From Candidatus Anaeroferrophillacea bacterium (GTDB taxonomy: Bacteria; Desulfobacterota; Anaeroferrophillalia; Anaeroferrophillales; Anaeroferrophillaceae), in assembly GCA_016933675.1 (NCBI GenBank), contig JAFGAM010000001.1, forward strand, positions 21,181 through 85,180: DNA of 64,000 nucleotides, given 5' to 3'. Positions 43,394-52,542 of the stretch are shown one piece after another. The position numbers and the translations under genes were made by a program. The first letter of the stretch is position 1, and each line of letters starts with the position of its first letter. The notes under the pieces are model-generated. The model was not told where the DNA came from, did not search any database, and saw only the letters and a program-made list of their open reading frames with translations.

Positions 43394-44644
43394 TTACGGC
43401 GCCATCCCACCGGCGCCGGCATCGGTGCCGGTGCCCTTTCGACCGCCGAACGCCGCCGGCAGGTCCGTCCGCTCCCGCAGGACGGCGAAGGCGGCCAGCA
43501 ACAGGTCGATCTCGGCAGCCGTGTGGGCGGCGCTGAGGCTGATGCGCAGCAGGCTGCCGCCGCCGGGCGCCGCCGGCGGCAGCACCAGGTTGACGTAGAC
43601 CCCTTCCCGCAACAGGGCATGCCACATCCCGAGGGTGGTTTCGGCGTCGGGCAGGAAGACACCGACCACCGGCCCCGGCTCCGGCCCAAGGGCAAAACCC
43701 ATGTCCCGCAGCCCGGCATAGGTACGTGCAGCGTTTTCCCACAGCCGCCGGCGGAGTTCCGGGCGCGCGATCAGCTGCTGCAAGGCGGCGCGGGTGGCGG
43801 CGATGGTACCCGGCGATGGCGAGGCGGTATAGATGTACGGCCGGCTGGCGTAGCGCACCCATTCCAGCTCGGGGCGGGGGCTGACGCAGTAGCCGCCGAT
43901 GTTACCGAGGCTCTTGCTGAAGGTACCGACGATGAAATCCACCTGGTCCAACACCCCGGCTTCCTCGGCCCGCCCCCGTCCCCCCTCCCCCAGCACCCCC
44001 AGGGCGTGGGCCTCGTCCACCATCAGCAGCGCCCCGGCGGCGCGGGTGGCGGCGGTGATTTCGACCAGCGGCGCCCGGTCGCCCAGCATACTGTAGATCC
44101 CCTCGACGATGACCAGGGTATCGGCCACCCGCGAGCCCAGCCGGCGAAGGCGTTTGGCCAGATCGGCGGCATCGTTGTGGCGAAAGCGGATGATATCGGC
44201 GCCGCTCAGCCGGCAGCCGTCGTAGATGCTGGCATGGCAATCGGCATCGATAAGGGTGACATCTCCCGGCGCGGCGAGGGCGGCGATCATTCCCAGGTTG
44301 GCCAAAAAACCGGTGGAGAAAACGATTGCCGACCGCATGCCGTAAAAATCGGCCAGCTCCTCCTCCAGACGGCGGTGGCCGGCATAGCTACCGTTGGCCA
44401 TGCGCGAACCGGTGGTGCCGGTACCCGCCTCCTCCAGCGCCCGGCAGCCGGCGGCAATGCACCCGGCATCGAAGGTCAGCCCGAGGTAGTTGTTGGTACC
44501 CGCCAGCAGCACCGGCCGGCCGTTCATAACCCCGCGGGTGGGGGATTCGAGGCGCTCGAAGGTGGTGGAGAAAGGATCGATCCCGGCAGCGGTGATGGCC
44601 GCACGGGCGCGGCCGACGGTTTCGAGCTTGGCGAAGAGTCCCAT
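43394..44644 (-). CDS. spt: Serine palmitoyltransferase-like alpha-oxoamine synthase (PLP-dependent)
   Basis: GTFSKSLGNIGGY (the PLP lysine context typical of Spt) and LLAGTNNYLGLTFD are present. The N-terminal region resembles Sphingomonas SPT as I recall it. An ATG lies at 44644, and the ORF track uses a TTG at 44653. Confidence 0.8.
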   Translation of the reverse strand: MGLFAKLETVGRARAAITAAGIDPFSTTFERLESPTRGVMNGRPVLLAGTNNYLGLTFDAGCIAAGCRALEEAGTGTTGSRMANGSYAGHRRLEEELADFYGMRSAIVFSTGFLANLGMIAALAAPGDVTLIDADCHASIYDGCRLSGADIIRFRHNDAADLAKRLRRLGSRVADTLVIVEGIYSMLGDRAPLVEITAATRAAGALLMVDEAHALGVLGEGGRGRAEEAGVLDQVDFIVGTFSKSLGNIGGYCVSPRPELEWVRYASRPYIYTASPSPGTIAATRAALQQLIARPELRRRLWENAARTYAGLRDMGFALGPEPGPVVGVFLPDAETTLGMWHALLREGVYVNLVLPPAAPGGGSLLRISLSAAHTAAEIDLLLAAFAVLRERTDLPAAFGGRKGTGTDAGAGGMAP

Positions 44645-44649
44645 ACGCG

Positions 44650-44898
44650 TCAATCTCCCAGCAGTTCGGCAAGACAGGCGGTCAGCTCCCGCACCGTGCG
44701 GATGTCCGCCAGCCGGTTGAGGGGAATGGAGATGTCATACACCTCCTCGAGGGCGTCGACGATTTCCATCACCTTGAGTGAATCGACCGCCAGGTCAGCG
44801 ATCAGATCGGTGGTTTCGGCAATCGCTTCCCGGGTTCCGGTCACGGCGGCGAGAACACCGCGGACGGTTTCAAAAAGGTCGGCACGGTTGTCAGTCAT
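44650..44898 (-). CDS. Acyl carrier protein (dedicated, sphingolipid-type)
   Basis: It is 82 aa with the phosphopantetheine-site motif LAVDSLKVMEIV. It lies directly upstream of spt. Confidence 0.85.
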   Translation of the reverse strand: MTDNRADLFETVRGVLAAVTGTREAIAETTDLIADLAVDSLKVMEIVDALEEVYDISIPLNRLADIRTVRELTACLAELLGD

Positions 44899-44954
44899 AA
44901 TGAACGTATCCTCGATGGCCTCCGTAACACCCCCATCGCCTTCGCGGCGCAGCC

Positions 44955-45028
44955 GGCGAAATCCGGAACCGTTAGGGTGCCATCCATTTTTGCCGCATGT
45001 GCCGGCAGTGGTTACGGTTCCATCAACC
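44955..45028 (+). repeat. Two adjacent intergenic repeat family members (fused form plus 3' box form)
   Basis: They read GGCGAAATCCGGAACCGTTAGGGTGCCATCC and CCGGCAGTGGTTACGGTTCCATCAACC. They lie in the gap upstream of acp, antisense to it. Confidence 0.85.
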
Positions 45029-45078
45029 GTGGAAGGTGATGCCCGCACCCGGTTGCCCCCGGCCGGCAACCGCCGGAT

Positions 45079-46101
45079 TCATGAAACATCTCCGGGGATC
45101 GTCCCGAAGCGGCGGCCGCAGTCATCACCCGCCATCAGCCGCAGGCCGTCGAGCAGCCGGATGCGCGGCTCCCAGCCGCAGGCCGCCCGCAGTTCCTGAT
45201 GGCCGCAGACCCAGTCGGGATGATACAGTTCCCGGACCTTGCCGGCGGTCAGCATGGGCCGGCAACCGACGACCAACCGGGCACGGGCGGTGTTGATGCC
45301 GGCCGCCAGTCGCACCACCCGGCGGGGAACATTCAGCCGCAGCACCGGCCGGCGGCGGAAATCCACGCCGCAGCGACGGATATCCTCCCATGCATACCCG
45401 CCGGGGCGGCCGTCGTCAAGGGTAAAGGTGCGGCCCTCGTCGCGTCCCCGGCCATACTCCAGCCAAGCCCGGACCGCCGCCGCGAGGTCACTGACATGCA
45501 ACAGGGAAAGCCGGGCGGCGGCGCCGCCCGGAGCGAACAGAACGCCGCGGGCCAGCCACCGGAGCAACGGTCGGAGTTCACGGTCACCGGGGCCATAGAC
45601 CGCCGGCGGGCGCAAGATGGTGTAGGGGAGATCGGCGAATTCGGTTTCCAGCACCAGTTCGCCGCCGCGCTTGCTGGCGGCGTAGGGAGACAGATGCGGT
45701 TCGCGGGCGGCAAGGGAGGAGATATGGAGCAGCCGGGGACGTTTTACCGGCGGCAGGGAGTGGATAGCCGCCGCCAGTCGCCGGACGCCGTTCTCGTTGA
45801 CCTCCCGGAAATCGTCCGGGGTCAGGCCGCGGGTCGCACCGGCGCAGTGGACCACCATGCGGCAACCGCGGACCAGCCGGACCAGCGCCGCCGCGTCACC
45901 CAGGGTTCCGTTGAGCCAGGCGACGCCGGGCCGATCCTGCCGGCGACCGGCCTTCGCGGGCCGCACCAGAGCCCGCACCGGAAAGCCGCCGCCGGTCAAC
46001 TGCCGAACCACCTCGCCGCCGATAAAACCGGTGGCACCGGTGACGGCGACCGGTTCTTCAGCCTTCGCGGCGAGTCCGGGGATCGTCGCCACCATCACCA
46101 T
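45079..46101 (-). CDS. NAD(P)-dependent epimerase/dehydratase-family reductase (ceramide reductase CerR-like candidate)
   Basis: It has the Rossmann motif VTGATGFIGG and the catalytic motif YAASK. The start is uncertain and overlaps the end of the upstream ligase by about 44 nt. Confidence 0.75.
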   Translation of the reverse strand: MVMVATIPGLAAKAEEPVAVTGATGFIGGEVVRQLTGGGFPVRALVRPAKAGRRQDRPGVAWLNGTLGDAAALVRLVRGCRMVVHCAGATRGLTPDDFREVNENGVRRLAAAIHSLPPVKRPRLLHISSLAAREPHLSPYAASKRGGELVLETEFADLPYTILRPPAVYGPGDRELRPLLRWLARGVLFAPGGAAARLSLLHVSDLAAAVRAWLEYGRGRDEGRTFTLDDGRPGGYAWEDIRRCGVDFRRRPVLRLNVPRRVVRLAAGINTARARLVVGCRPMLTAGKVRELYHPDWVCGHQELRAACGWEPRIRLLDGLRLMAGDDCGRRFGTIPGDVS

Positions 46102-47878
46102 GGCGCGAGGCGCCCGCCGCCGCGGGGTCACCCATGACGGCAGCATCAAAATCCGGATTGCGGCGGAGGAAATCCCGCCGGGCGGTGGTCCGGGAAAGCT
46201 TGCCGGAGGATGTCTGGGGCAGGGTATGGGGCGGCACCAGATCGACGTAGCAGTCAAGCCCGAAGGCCTCGCGCATCAGGCCCCGCAGCCGGTCGATAAA
46301 CCGCAGGCGCTCGTCCTGATCACCCATCCGGGCCTGCACCACCAGCACCACGATCTCCCCCCCGGCGGCATCGACGGAGAAGGCGGCAACATCGCGCATG
46401 CGGATCCCGGGCAGGGTCTCGGCCAGTTCCTCAAGATCCTGGGGCCAGATATTCCGCCCATTGACGATGATGAGATCCTTCTCCCGGCCGGTGATCACCA
46501 GGGTACCTTCGGCAAGGTAGGCAAGGTCACCGGTATTGAGCCAGCCGTCCCCGGGCAGGGCGGCGGCGGTGGCACCGAAGTCGTCAAAATAGCCGTCCAT
46601 GACGCTGGCACCGCGGACATGCAGGATGCCGCAGCGGCGTTCGGGCAGGGTATTGCCGGCCTCGTCGCGGATGGCCACTTCGATGCCGGGAAGGGGCGGG
46701 CCGCAACGGACGAATTCACGGCTCTCGCCGATGACCGCCGCATCCCGCGGCACCGGCACCGACGCCTGCTCCGCCACCAGCCGGGCGGAGGAAACACATT
46801 CGCTTTTGAGCCCGGCGGACAGGGGGGAAAAACTCACTGCCAGGGTGGCCTCGGCCAGGCCGTAGGCGGCGACGAAGGCCTTGGCGGAGAACCCGGCGGG
46901 GGCGAACCGGTCGGCGAAGCCGCGCAGAACATCGGTACGGATGGGCTCGGCACCGACGCCGGCGATGCGCCAGGAAGACAGATCACAGCCGGCGATCTCG
47001 GCCTCCCGCACCCGTCGGGTACACAGGGCATAGCCGAAGGTGGGACTGAAGGAGATGGTGCCCTGGTTGCGCGACACGAGTTCCGGCCAGCAGCGCGGCC
47101 GCAGGGCGAAATCGCGGGTCTTGAGATAATCCACCGAGCGCTGGGTGGCGAGCGGCGCGAGGAGGAAGCCAACAAGACCCATATCGTGATAGAACGGCAG
47201 CCAGGAGATCGAGCGATCATCTTCCCCCACCCGGAGCCCGTAGCGGCCGATGGCCGCAAGATTCGCCATCAGCGCCCGCTGGGAGATCATCGCCCCGCGG
47301 GGCGCGCTGGTACTGCCGGAGGTATACTGGATATAGGCCGGTTCGTCGGCGGCCAGGGGGTCGGGATCTCCCGCCTCCGGCAGGCGGCACAGATCGCCGG
47401 CGGTGCCGACAAAGGTGAGCTCGAGGCCCGCGGCCGCCTCGGCGAGGAACGGCAGAAACTCCGCCGGCGACAGCGCCGCCGCCGCCCGCGATGCCCGCAG
47501 CATGGCGTGCAACTGCCGCACCAGCCGCTGATGACCGCCCAGATGGATGGCCGCGGCCAAGGGCACCGGGACCAGCCCGGCAAACTGGCAGGCAAAAAAC
47601 AGCCGGACGAAATCCGGCTCGGTATCGGCCACCAGGGCGATGTGGGAGCCACGGGGCATCCCGAGGGCGGCAAGACGGCGGGCCAGCACCCGAACGTCAT
47701 CCCCCAGGACGGCATAGGGCAGCACCGCGTCAAGCCCACCGCGGCGGGAATAGAAGCTCATCCCGGTAGCCCCCCCGGCGGCATATTCCAGGGCGTCGGC
47801 CAGCGAGGTGAAATCACCCTGCCGCAACGGTATCCGGCTCGATGTTGGCGCAGGCAATAACATGTTGATTAAACACAT
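46058..47878 (-). CDS. Fatty acyl-AMP ligase / acyl-ACP synthetase (FAAL-type adenylate-forming enzyme)
   Basis: It has AYIQYTSGSTSAPRG and WLPFYHDMGL motifs. Confidence 0.85.
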   Translation of the reverse strand: MCLINMLLPAPTSSRIPLRQGDFTSLADALEYAAGGATGMSFYSRRGGLDAVLPYAVLGDDVRVLARRLAALGMPRGSHIALVADTEPDFVRLFFACQFAGLVPVPLAAAIHLGGHQRLVRQLHAMLRASRAAAALSPAEFLPFLAEAAAGLELTFVGTAGDLCRLPEAGDPDPLAADEPAYIQYTSGSTSAPRGAMISQRALMANLAAIGRYGLRVGEDDRSISWLPFYHDMGLVGFLLAPLATQRSVDYLKTRDFALRPRCWPELVSRNQGTISFSPTFGYALCTRRVREAEIAGCDLSSWRIAGVGAEPIRTDVLRGFADRFAPAGFSAKAFVAAYGLAEATLAVSFSPLSAGLKSECVSSARLVAEQASVPVPRDAAVIGESREFVRCGPPLPGIEVAIRDEAGNTLPERRCGILHVRGASVMDGYFDDFGATAAALPGDGWLNTGDLAYLAEGTLVITGREKDLIIVNGRNIWPQDLEELAETLPGIRMRDVAAFSVDAAGGEIVVLVVQARMGDQDERLRFIDRLRGLMREAFGLDCYVDLVPPHTLPQTSSGKLSRTTARRDFLRRNPDFDAAVMGDPAAAGASRHGDGGDDPRTRREG

Positions 47879-47893
47879 ATATTATAGTAGTAA
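47865..47893 (+). promoter_or_regulatory. Predicted promoter for the GNAT gene (-35 TTGATT, 17-nt spacer, -10 TAGTAA) in a 60-nt AT-rich divergent region
   Basis: The hexamer spacing is correct. The SD AAGG lies 6 nt before the ATG run. Confidence 0.45.
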
Positions 47894-47940
47894 AGGGATA
47901 GCGCACTTTTAGCACAAAAAAATGTTTTAGACAAGGTTTT

Positions 47941-49092
47941 ATGATGATGATGATGATGAACAAAACCCTGCACATCACCCCGGTACGCACCCGCCGCCAG
48001 CGGGAACAATTCATCCGCCTGCCGTGGCGGTTGTACCACGGCGATTCCTGCTGGGTTCCGCCGCTACTGGTCGAGCGACGCCGGCATCTGGATCCGCGGC
48101 ACAACCCCTTTTTCCACCACGCCGAGGTCGACACCTGGCTCGCCACTGCCGCCGGCCTCCCGGTGGGGCGGATCAGCGCCCAAGTGGATCACCTGCACCA
48201 GGAACGCTACGGCGACGGCGCAGGGTTCTTCGGCCATATCGACGCCGTCGACGACCCGGCGGTGTTCGCCGCCCTGCTCGAGACCGCCGGCGACTGGCTG
48301 CGGGAACGGGGCATGCGCACCGTCCGCGGCCCGTTCAACTTTTCCATCAACCAGGAATGCGGCCTGCTGGTGGACGGCTTCGACTCCCCGCCGATGGTTA
48401 TGATGGGCCATGCGCCATCCTGGTATGCCGCCCGGCTGGAGGAACAGGGTTTAGCCAAAGCCATGGACATGCTGGCCTGGCGGGTGAACGCCGACTTCAC
48501 CCCGCCGGCCTTCCTCACCCGCATGGCGCCGCGGCTGGCCGGGCGCGTACGCCTGCGTCCGCTGGACAACCGCCGCTTCGACGCGGAACTGGACCTCATC
48601 CGGGAGATCTTCGAAGACGCCTGGCAGGACAACTGGGGCTTCGTCCCCTTCACCGCCGAGGAACTCGATGAGCTAGGCCGCAACCTGAAGTTCCTCGTCC
48701 CCCCCGAGCTGGTCCGGTTCGCCGAGGTAGACGGTGAGCCGGCGGCAATGATGGTGGTGTTTCCCAACGTCAACGAGGCCATCCGGGATCTCGACGGCCG
48801 ACTGCTGCCACTGGGCTGGCTGCGCCTGCTGTGGCGGCTGAAGGTATCCGGCGTCAAAACCATTCGGGTACCGCTGATGGGCGTCCGCCGCCGCCTCCAA
48901 AACAGCCGGCTAGGAGCGGCCCTCGCCCTGATGCTGATCACCTCGTTACAGGAAGAAAGCCTGCGGCGTGGCGTCGAGACCGCGGAGATGTCGTGGATCC
49001 TCGAAAACAACGAGGGCATGAGCCACATCAACGAAGCCATCGGCGGCGTGCCCTACAAGCGCTACCGGATCTACGCCAAGGAACTGCCATGA
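47941..49092 (+). CDS. Large GNAT-fold N-acyltransferase (bacterial ceramide synthase bCerS-like candidate)
   Basis: It is 383 aa with the acyl-CoA-site-like motif RRRLQNSRLGAAL. It is divergent from the spt-acp-reductase-ligase operon. It starts with six consecutive ATG codons. Confidence 0.6.
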   Translation: MMMMMMNKTLHITPVRTRRQREQFIRLPWRLYHGDSCWVPPLLVERRRHLDPRHNPFFHHAEVDTWLATAAGLPVGRISAQVDHLHQERYGDGAGFFGHIDAVDDPAVFAALLETAGDWLRERGMRTVRGPFNFSINQECGLLVDGFDSPPMVMMGHAPSWYAARLEEQGLAKAMDMLAWRVNADFTPPAFLTRMAPRLAGRVRLRPLDNRRFDAELDLIREIFEDAWQDNWGFVPFTAEELDELGRNLKFLVPPELVRFAEVDGEPAAMMVVFPNVNEAIRDLDGRLLPLGWLRLLWRLKVSGVKTIRVPLMGVRRRLQNSRLGAALALMLITSLQEESLRRGVETAEMSWILENNEGMSHINEAIGGVPYKRYRIYAKELP

Positions 49093-49904
49093 ATTCTGCA
49101 ACAATCTTTCGCGCCGTGGTCCTGGCGGGTGACCGCGGTCCCGGCGACCCGGTGGCCCGGGAGGCCGGAACTTCATGCAAGGCCCTGGTCCCCGTCGCCG
49201 GCCGGCCGATGATTTTCCATGTTCTCGACACCCTCCACCGCGCCGCCGCCATCGCCCCCGCACCCCTGGTCTCGGGCAGCGGCGAGTGTTTGCTCGGGCA
49301 GAGCCCGGAACTGCTCCGGCGGCTGGCCGCCGGCACCGTCACCTGGCGGGAGAACGAATCATCTCCAAGCCGCAGCGCCCTGGCGGCATTCACCCAGCTG
49401 CAACAGGAGTACGGGAACGCCCCCGTCCTGCTGACCACCGCCGACCACCCGCTGCTGACCCCGGCGATGGTGGATCATTTCTGCAACCGGGCCGCGGACA
49501 GTGGTCTCGACATCGCCGCCGGAGTGGTACCGGCGACACTGGTTGCCGGGGCCTTCCCGGAAAGCCGGCGCACCGTCACCCGGCTCCGCGACGGCGGCAT
49601 CTGCGGCGCCAACCTTTTCGCCCTGCTGACCCCTCGGGCGGGGCAGGCGCTCTCTTACTGGCGCCGGGTGGAAGCGCAGCGCAAGAGCCCGCTGAAGATC
49701 GTCCGCACCGTGGGGTTCTTCACCCTGCTCAGCTACCTTTTCGGCCGCCTGACCCTGGCCGCCGGCTGCCGGCGGCTGTCGGCAGCCATGGGGGTACGGG
49801 GCGGCACGGTGGAGATCCCCTTCCCCGAGGCGGCCGTCGATGTCGACACCCCCGCCCACCGGCAACAGGCGGAGGAGATTATCGCCCGGCGCCACTCACC
49901 CTGA
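49089..49904 (+). CDS. MobA-like NTP-transferase family protein
   Basis: It has AVVLAGDRG...KALVPVAGRPM, a nucleotidyltransferase N-terminal motif. There is an ATGA overlap with the GNAT gene. Confidence 0.65.
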   Translation: MNSATIFRAVVLAGDRGPGDPVAREAGTSCKALVPVAGRPMIFHVLDTLHRAAAIAPAPLVSGSGECLLGQSPELLRRLAAGTVTWRENESSPSRSALAAFTQLQQEYGNAPVLLTTADHPLLTPAMVDHFCNRAADSGLDIAAGVVPATLVAGAFPESRRTVTRLRDGGICGANLFALLTPRAGQALSYWRRVEAQRKSPLKIVRTVGFFTLLSYLFGRLTLAAGCRRLSAAMGVRGGTVEIPFPEAAVDVDTPAHRQQAEEIIARRHSP

Positions 49905-50077
49905 CCGGGCATGCACCGGAACCATCCGAGAAAGAAGCACGGGCGACCGGCCGGTCGCCCCAACACCCACCGCCAATAAGCGCCGGGCCGACCGGTCCCG
50001 GTGCCGACAGCGCGATTGCGGCGTTGCGCCCGCGGCGCTGAAATCGCCAAACACGCCCCTGATGGGACTCAAACCCG

Positions 50078-51298
50078 TCATTTTCCGTGCGGCACGGTTT
50101 CAAGGAAGCGACCGTGTTCGTTCAGTTCCTCCAGCCGGCAACTCCACACCAGCCGGCCGTCATGAACGGTGATATCGGGACAACTGTCGCACATGTCCTG
50201 GCGACCGTCGGCCTCGAAGTTCACCGGCTGGATGATCATGAAGGACTGGATATAAGCCGCCTGCAACAGCGCCGCGGGCCGGTCCCGGATCTCCCGGCCG
50301 ATGGCGGCGAGAATCCGGCGGCTGCCGCGGTCGAAAAGGGAACCGGCCAGGGCCTGCAGACGGCCGAGCCGGGTGGCCCGGGGTCTGGCATAGGACAGGT
50401 AGCGGCCGGCAAACAGGTGATTGCCGGTCTGGATGACCTCCATCATCCGCGGCGACATGTAGCCCATCACCTTGCCGTTGTATACCGTCCGACTGGCCAG
50501 CAGCCACTTGAATGAATCGGGGCGGGCGGTACCGTTGAGGTAAGCCGCGGGCTCGTAGGCCGGGTCGGCGACGCGGATCTGCGCCACCGCGTCGGCGGCG
50601 TAGAGGGTATCCTCGCCGCCCCACTCGGGCTCCTCGTAAAGGCTGGTCATTTCCATCCGCTTCCCGCCGGCAAAGTAGTCGAAATCGCCGGCAAGGGAAG
50701 GGGAACGAAAGAGGATGAAAACCATGGTCTGTACCAGCCGGGCGTGTTCCCCGGCCCAGCGGACCATGGCGGGAATCTCGTGCAGATTGTGGTCGCTGAT
50801 GGTGGCGTTGAAGGAGCAGGCGATGTTGCCGGCTTGCCCCAGCATGCGGGCGAAACGCAGCCGGAGATCGTTCAGTCCGGTCTCGGTTTCGACCTGGAAG
50901 TCGGGCCGCTTCTGCGAGGTGTCGATGTGGAAGGTAAAACCATAGACCCCGGCCCGCTTCAGCTCCATCAGGAGCGGATAGTCGAGGGCGACGCCGTTGG
51001 TGTTGACGATGGGCTTCCAGCCCAGGTCACGCACCCGCCGCACCAGTTCGACGATGTGCGGGTACACCAGCGGGTCGCCGCCGGCGATGCTCATGCAGTC
51101 ACTGCGCCGCAGCCGTTTGAAGGTCTCCAGTTCCGCCTGCACCTCGTCGAGGCTCTTGTGTCGCGGGTTGACCTGGCTACGGTAGCAGCCCTTGCAGTGA
51201 AGATTGCAGTAGGTGGTGGGCTCGAGCCACGAGATGCCGTTGTCGGCGTAGTTCCACGGCAGGCGGTAATAGTCCAGGTGATTGAGGGGAGCGGTCAT
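50078..51298 (-). CDS. Radical SAM enzyme of unknown specificity
   Basis: It has the CNLHCKGC cluster motif (CxxxCxxC), the GGDPL glycine motif, and a C-terminal Cys-rich tail CDSCPD...SC. The start is MTAPLNHLDYY. Confidence 0.8.
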   Translation of the reverse strand: MTAPLNHLDYYRLPWNYADNGISWLEPTTYCNLHCKGCYRSQVNPRHKSLDEVQAELETFKRLRRSDCMSIAGGDPLVYPHIVELVRRVRDLGWKPIVNTNGVALDYPLLMELKRAGVYGFTFHIDTSQKRPDFQVETETGLNDLRLRFARMLGQAGNIACSFNATISDHNLHEIPAMVRWAGEHARLVQTMVFILFRSPSLAGDFDYFAGGKRMEMTSLYEEPEWGGEDTLYAADAVAQIRVADPAYEPAAYLNGTARPDSFKWLLASRTVYNGKVMGYMSPRMMEVIQTGNHLFAGRYLSYARPRATRLGRLQALAGSLFDRGSRRILAAIGREIRDRPAALLQAAYIQSFMIIQPVNFEADGRQDMCDSCPDITVHDGRLVWSCRLEELNEHGRFLETVPHGK

Positions 51299-51476
51299 CG
51301 TAACCTCTGAAATCGTTGTCAACACATCGACCACCAGGCGCCGCTTGAGGGCCAATGAGCGGCTACCGGCACCAGGCGACATCGTTGGTCAGGGGGAAAG
51401 CGAACGCTCGGGAAACCCCGGCATGCCCCCCGGAAACGGAGGTCCGTCCACCCCGCCGAGCATCCGTAATGCTTGA

Positions 51477-52250
51477 TCAGACCGAAGAAACCGCCGCCGC
51501 GAGGTCGGCGGCACACGGTATTTCCCCGCACGATTCACCGACTACCCGTGCGGCGGCGGCGATATCGGCGGGACAGTCGACCTCGGCCCAGGGATGGCCG
51601 GCGATGCAGCAGGTCCGGACGGCGTGGTCGCGGGCCAGTTCGTCGATCACCGACAGGTACCAGCGCCGGAGGCCGGCGGGATGGCGCATCACCGCCTCGA
51701 CGGAGCGCCGGAACAGCGCCGCCCCGTGACCGCGGAACAGCAGCAGACCGATGGACTCGGCCCCCACAACGTCGGCAGCCAAATCCTTGCCGATGCGCAG
51801 CAGCCGGTCACCTTCCACCGCGACCTTCATGTCATCGTCGTCGTAGACCGCCTTGCGATCAGTGGTCACGGTGACATCCCGGGGTTCTCCGGCCAGCAGG
51901 GTCTCCAGCAGCGGTGCCCGGAAGATGGTATCCCCGTTCAGCAGGATGAAATCGCCGTCCATCTCGCCGCGCACCACCCAGCAGGTCGCCAGGTTGTCGG
52001 AAACCAGGTAAAAGGGATTGAAGACGGTTTGCACCGGCTCTCCGGACCAGGCCACCGCCAGGTAATCCTCCACCAGGTCGGCGGCGTAGCCGGTAACCAC
52101 GCGGATCTCCTCGACACCGCAGCCAAGCAGGGCTTCGATCTGCCAATCGATCAGCGGCCGGCCCGCGATCGGGATCATACATTTGGGACGTTTTGCGGTC
52201 AGCGGCAGCAGCCGCTTCCCCTGGCCGGCACTGAGAATGATCGCCTTCAC
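51477..52250 (-). CDS. Sugar/alcohol-phosphate nucleotidyltransferase (LicC / IPCT-like)
   Basis: It has the AIILSAGQGKRLLPLT...PKCMIPIAG signature. A GTG start at 52250 is preceded by the SD GAAGG, and the ORF track extends it to 52292. Confidence 0.8.
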   Translation of the reverse strand: MKAIILSAGQGKRLLPLTAKRPKCMIPIAGRPLIDWQIEALLGCGVEEIRVVTGYAADLVEDYLAVAWSGEPVQTVFNPFYLVSDNLATCWVVRGEMDGDFILLNGDTIFRAPLLETLLAGEPRDVTVTTDRKAVYDDDDMKVAVEGDRLLRIGKDLAADVVGAESIGLLLFRGHGAALFRRSVEAVMRHPAGLRRWYLSVIDELARDHAVRTCCIAGHPWAEVDCPADIAAAARVVGESCGEIPCAADLAAAVSSV

Positions 52251-52451
52251 GCTCTGCCTTCCCCCCTCACCCGGCCCGGGAGGCCGTGGCACCGCCCCGC
52301 GGGCATCCGCTCCCGGTCATCCGTAGCCGCTCTTGAGCCAAAAAGAAACCAATGATTACAAAAATTTTTATAACAAACGCGCCTTCTTCACGGCATTCCA
52401 CGGCAGTTCAGTCGACACATTTCAGGATACGCTCATTCCCCGGTCAGGAGG

Positions 52452-52542
52452 CACCGCAAATCCGGTGGAGCGCCTATGATGGACCACCCCTCCGGGATCA
52501 TCCCTTTTCAGGGTATTTTGGCAATTGTTACGGTTTCATTGC
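52452..52542 (+). repeat. Intergenic repeat family member, composite form (5' box, variable hairpin, 3' box)
   Basis: It reads CACCGCAAATCCGGTG, then a hairpin GATGAT/ATCATC, then TTGGCAATTGTTACGGTTTCATTGC. It lies in the 517-nt region upstream of lptF. Confidence 0.75.

Noticed and set aside
45009-45028. Possible Geobacter-type LexA box (GGTT-N11-ACC) in GGTTACGGTTCCATCAACC
   Set aside because: The spacing here is N12, the internal conserved C/G positions do not fit, and most family copies lack the terminal AACC.
45797-47860. A 687-aa plus-strand ORF, and similarly 60453..62450 (665 aa), 5532..6329, 6546..7574 and 37692..39287
   Set aside because: All are antisense to genes with clear catalytic motifs (FAAL, ABC exporter, ABC-F, GGDEF/HK). 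They are Gly/Arg/Pro/Gln-rich.
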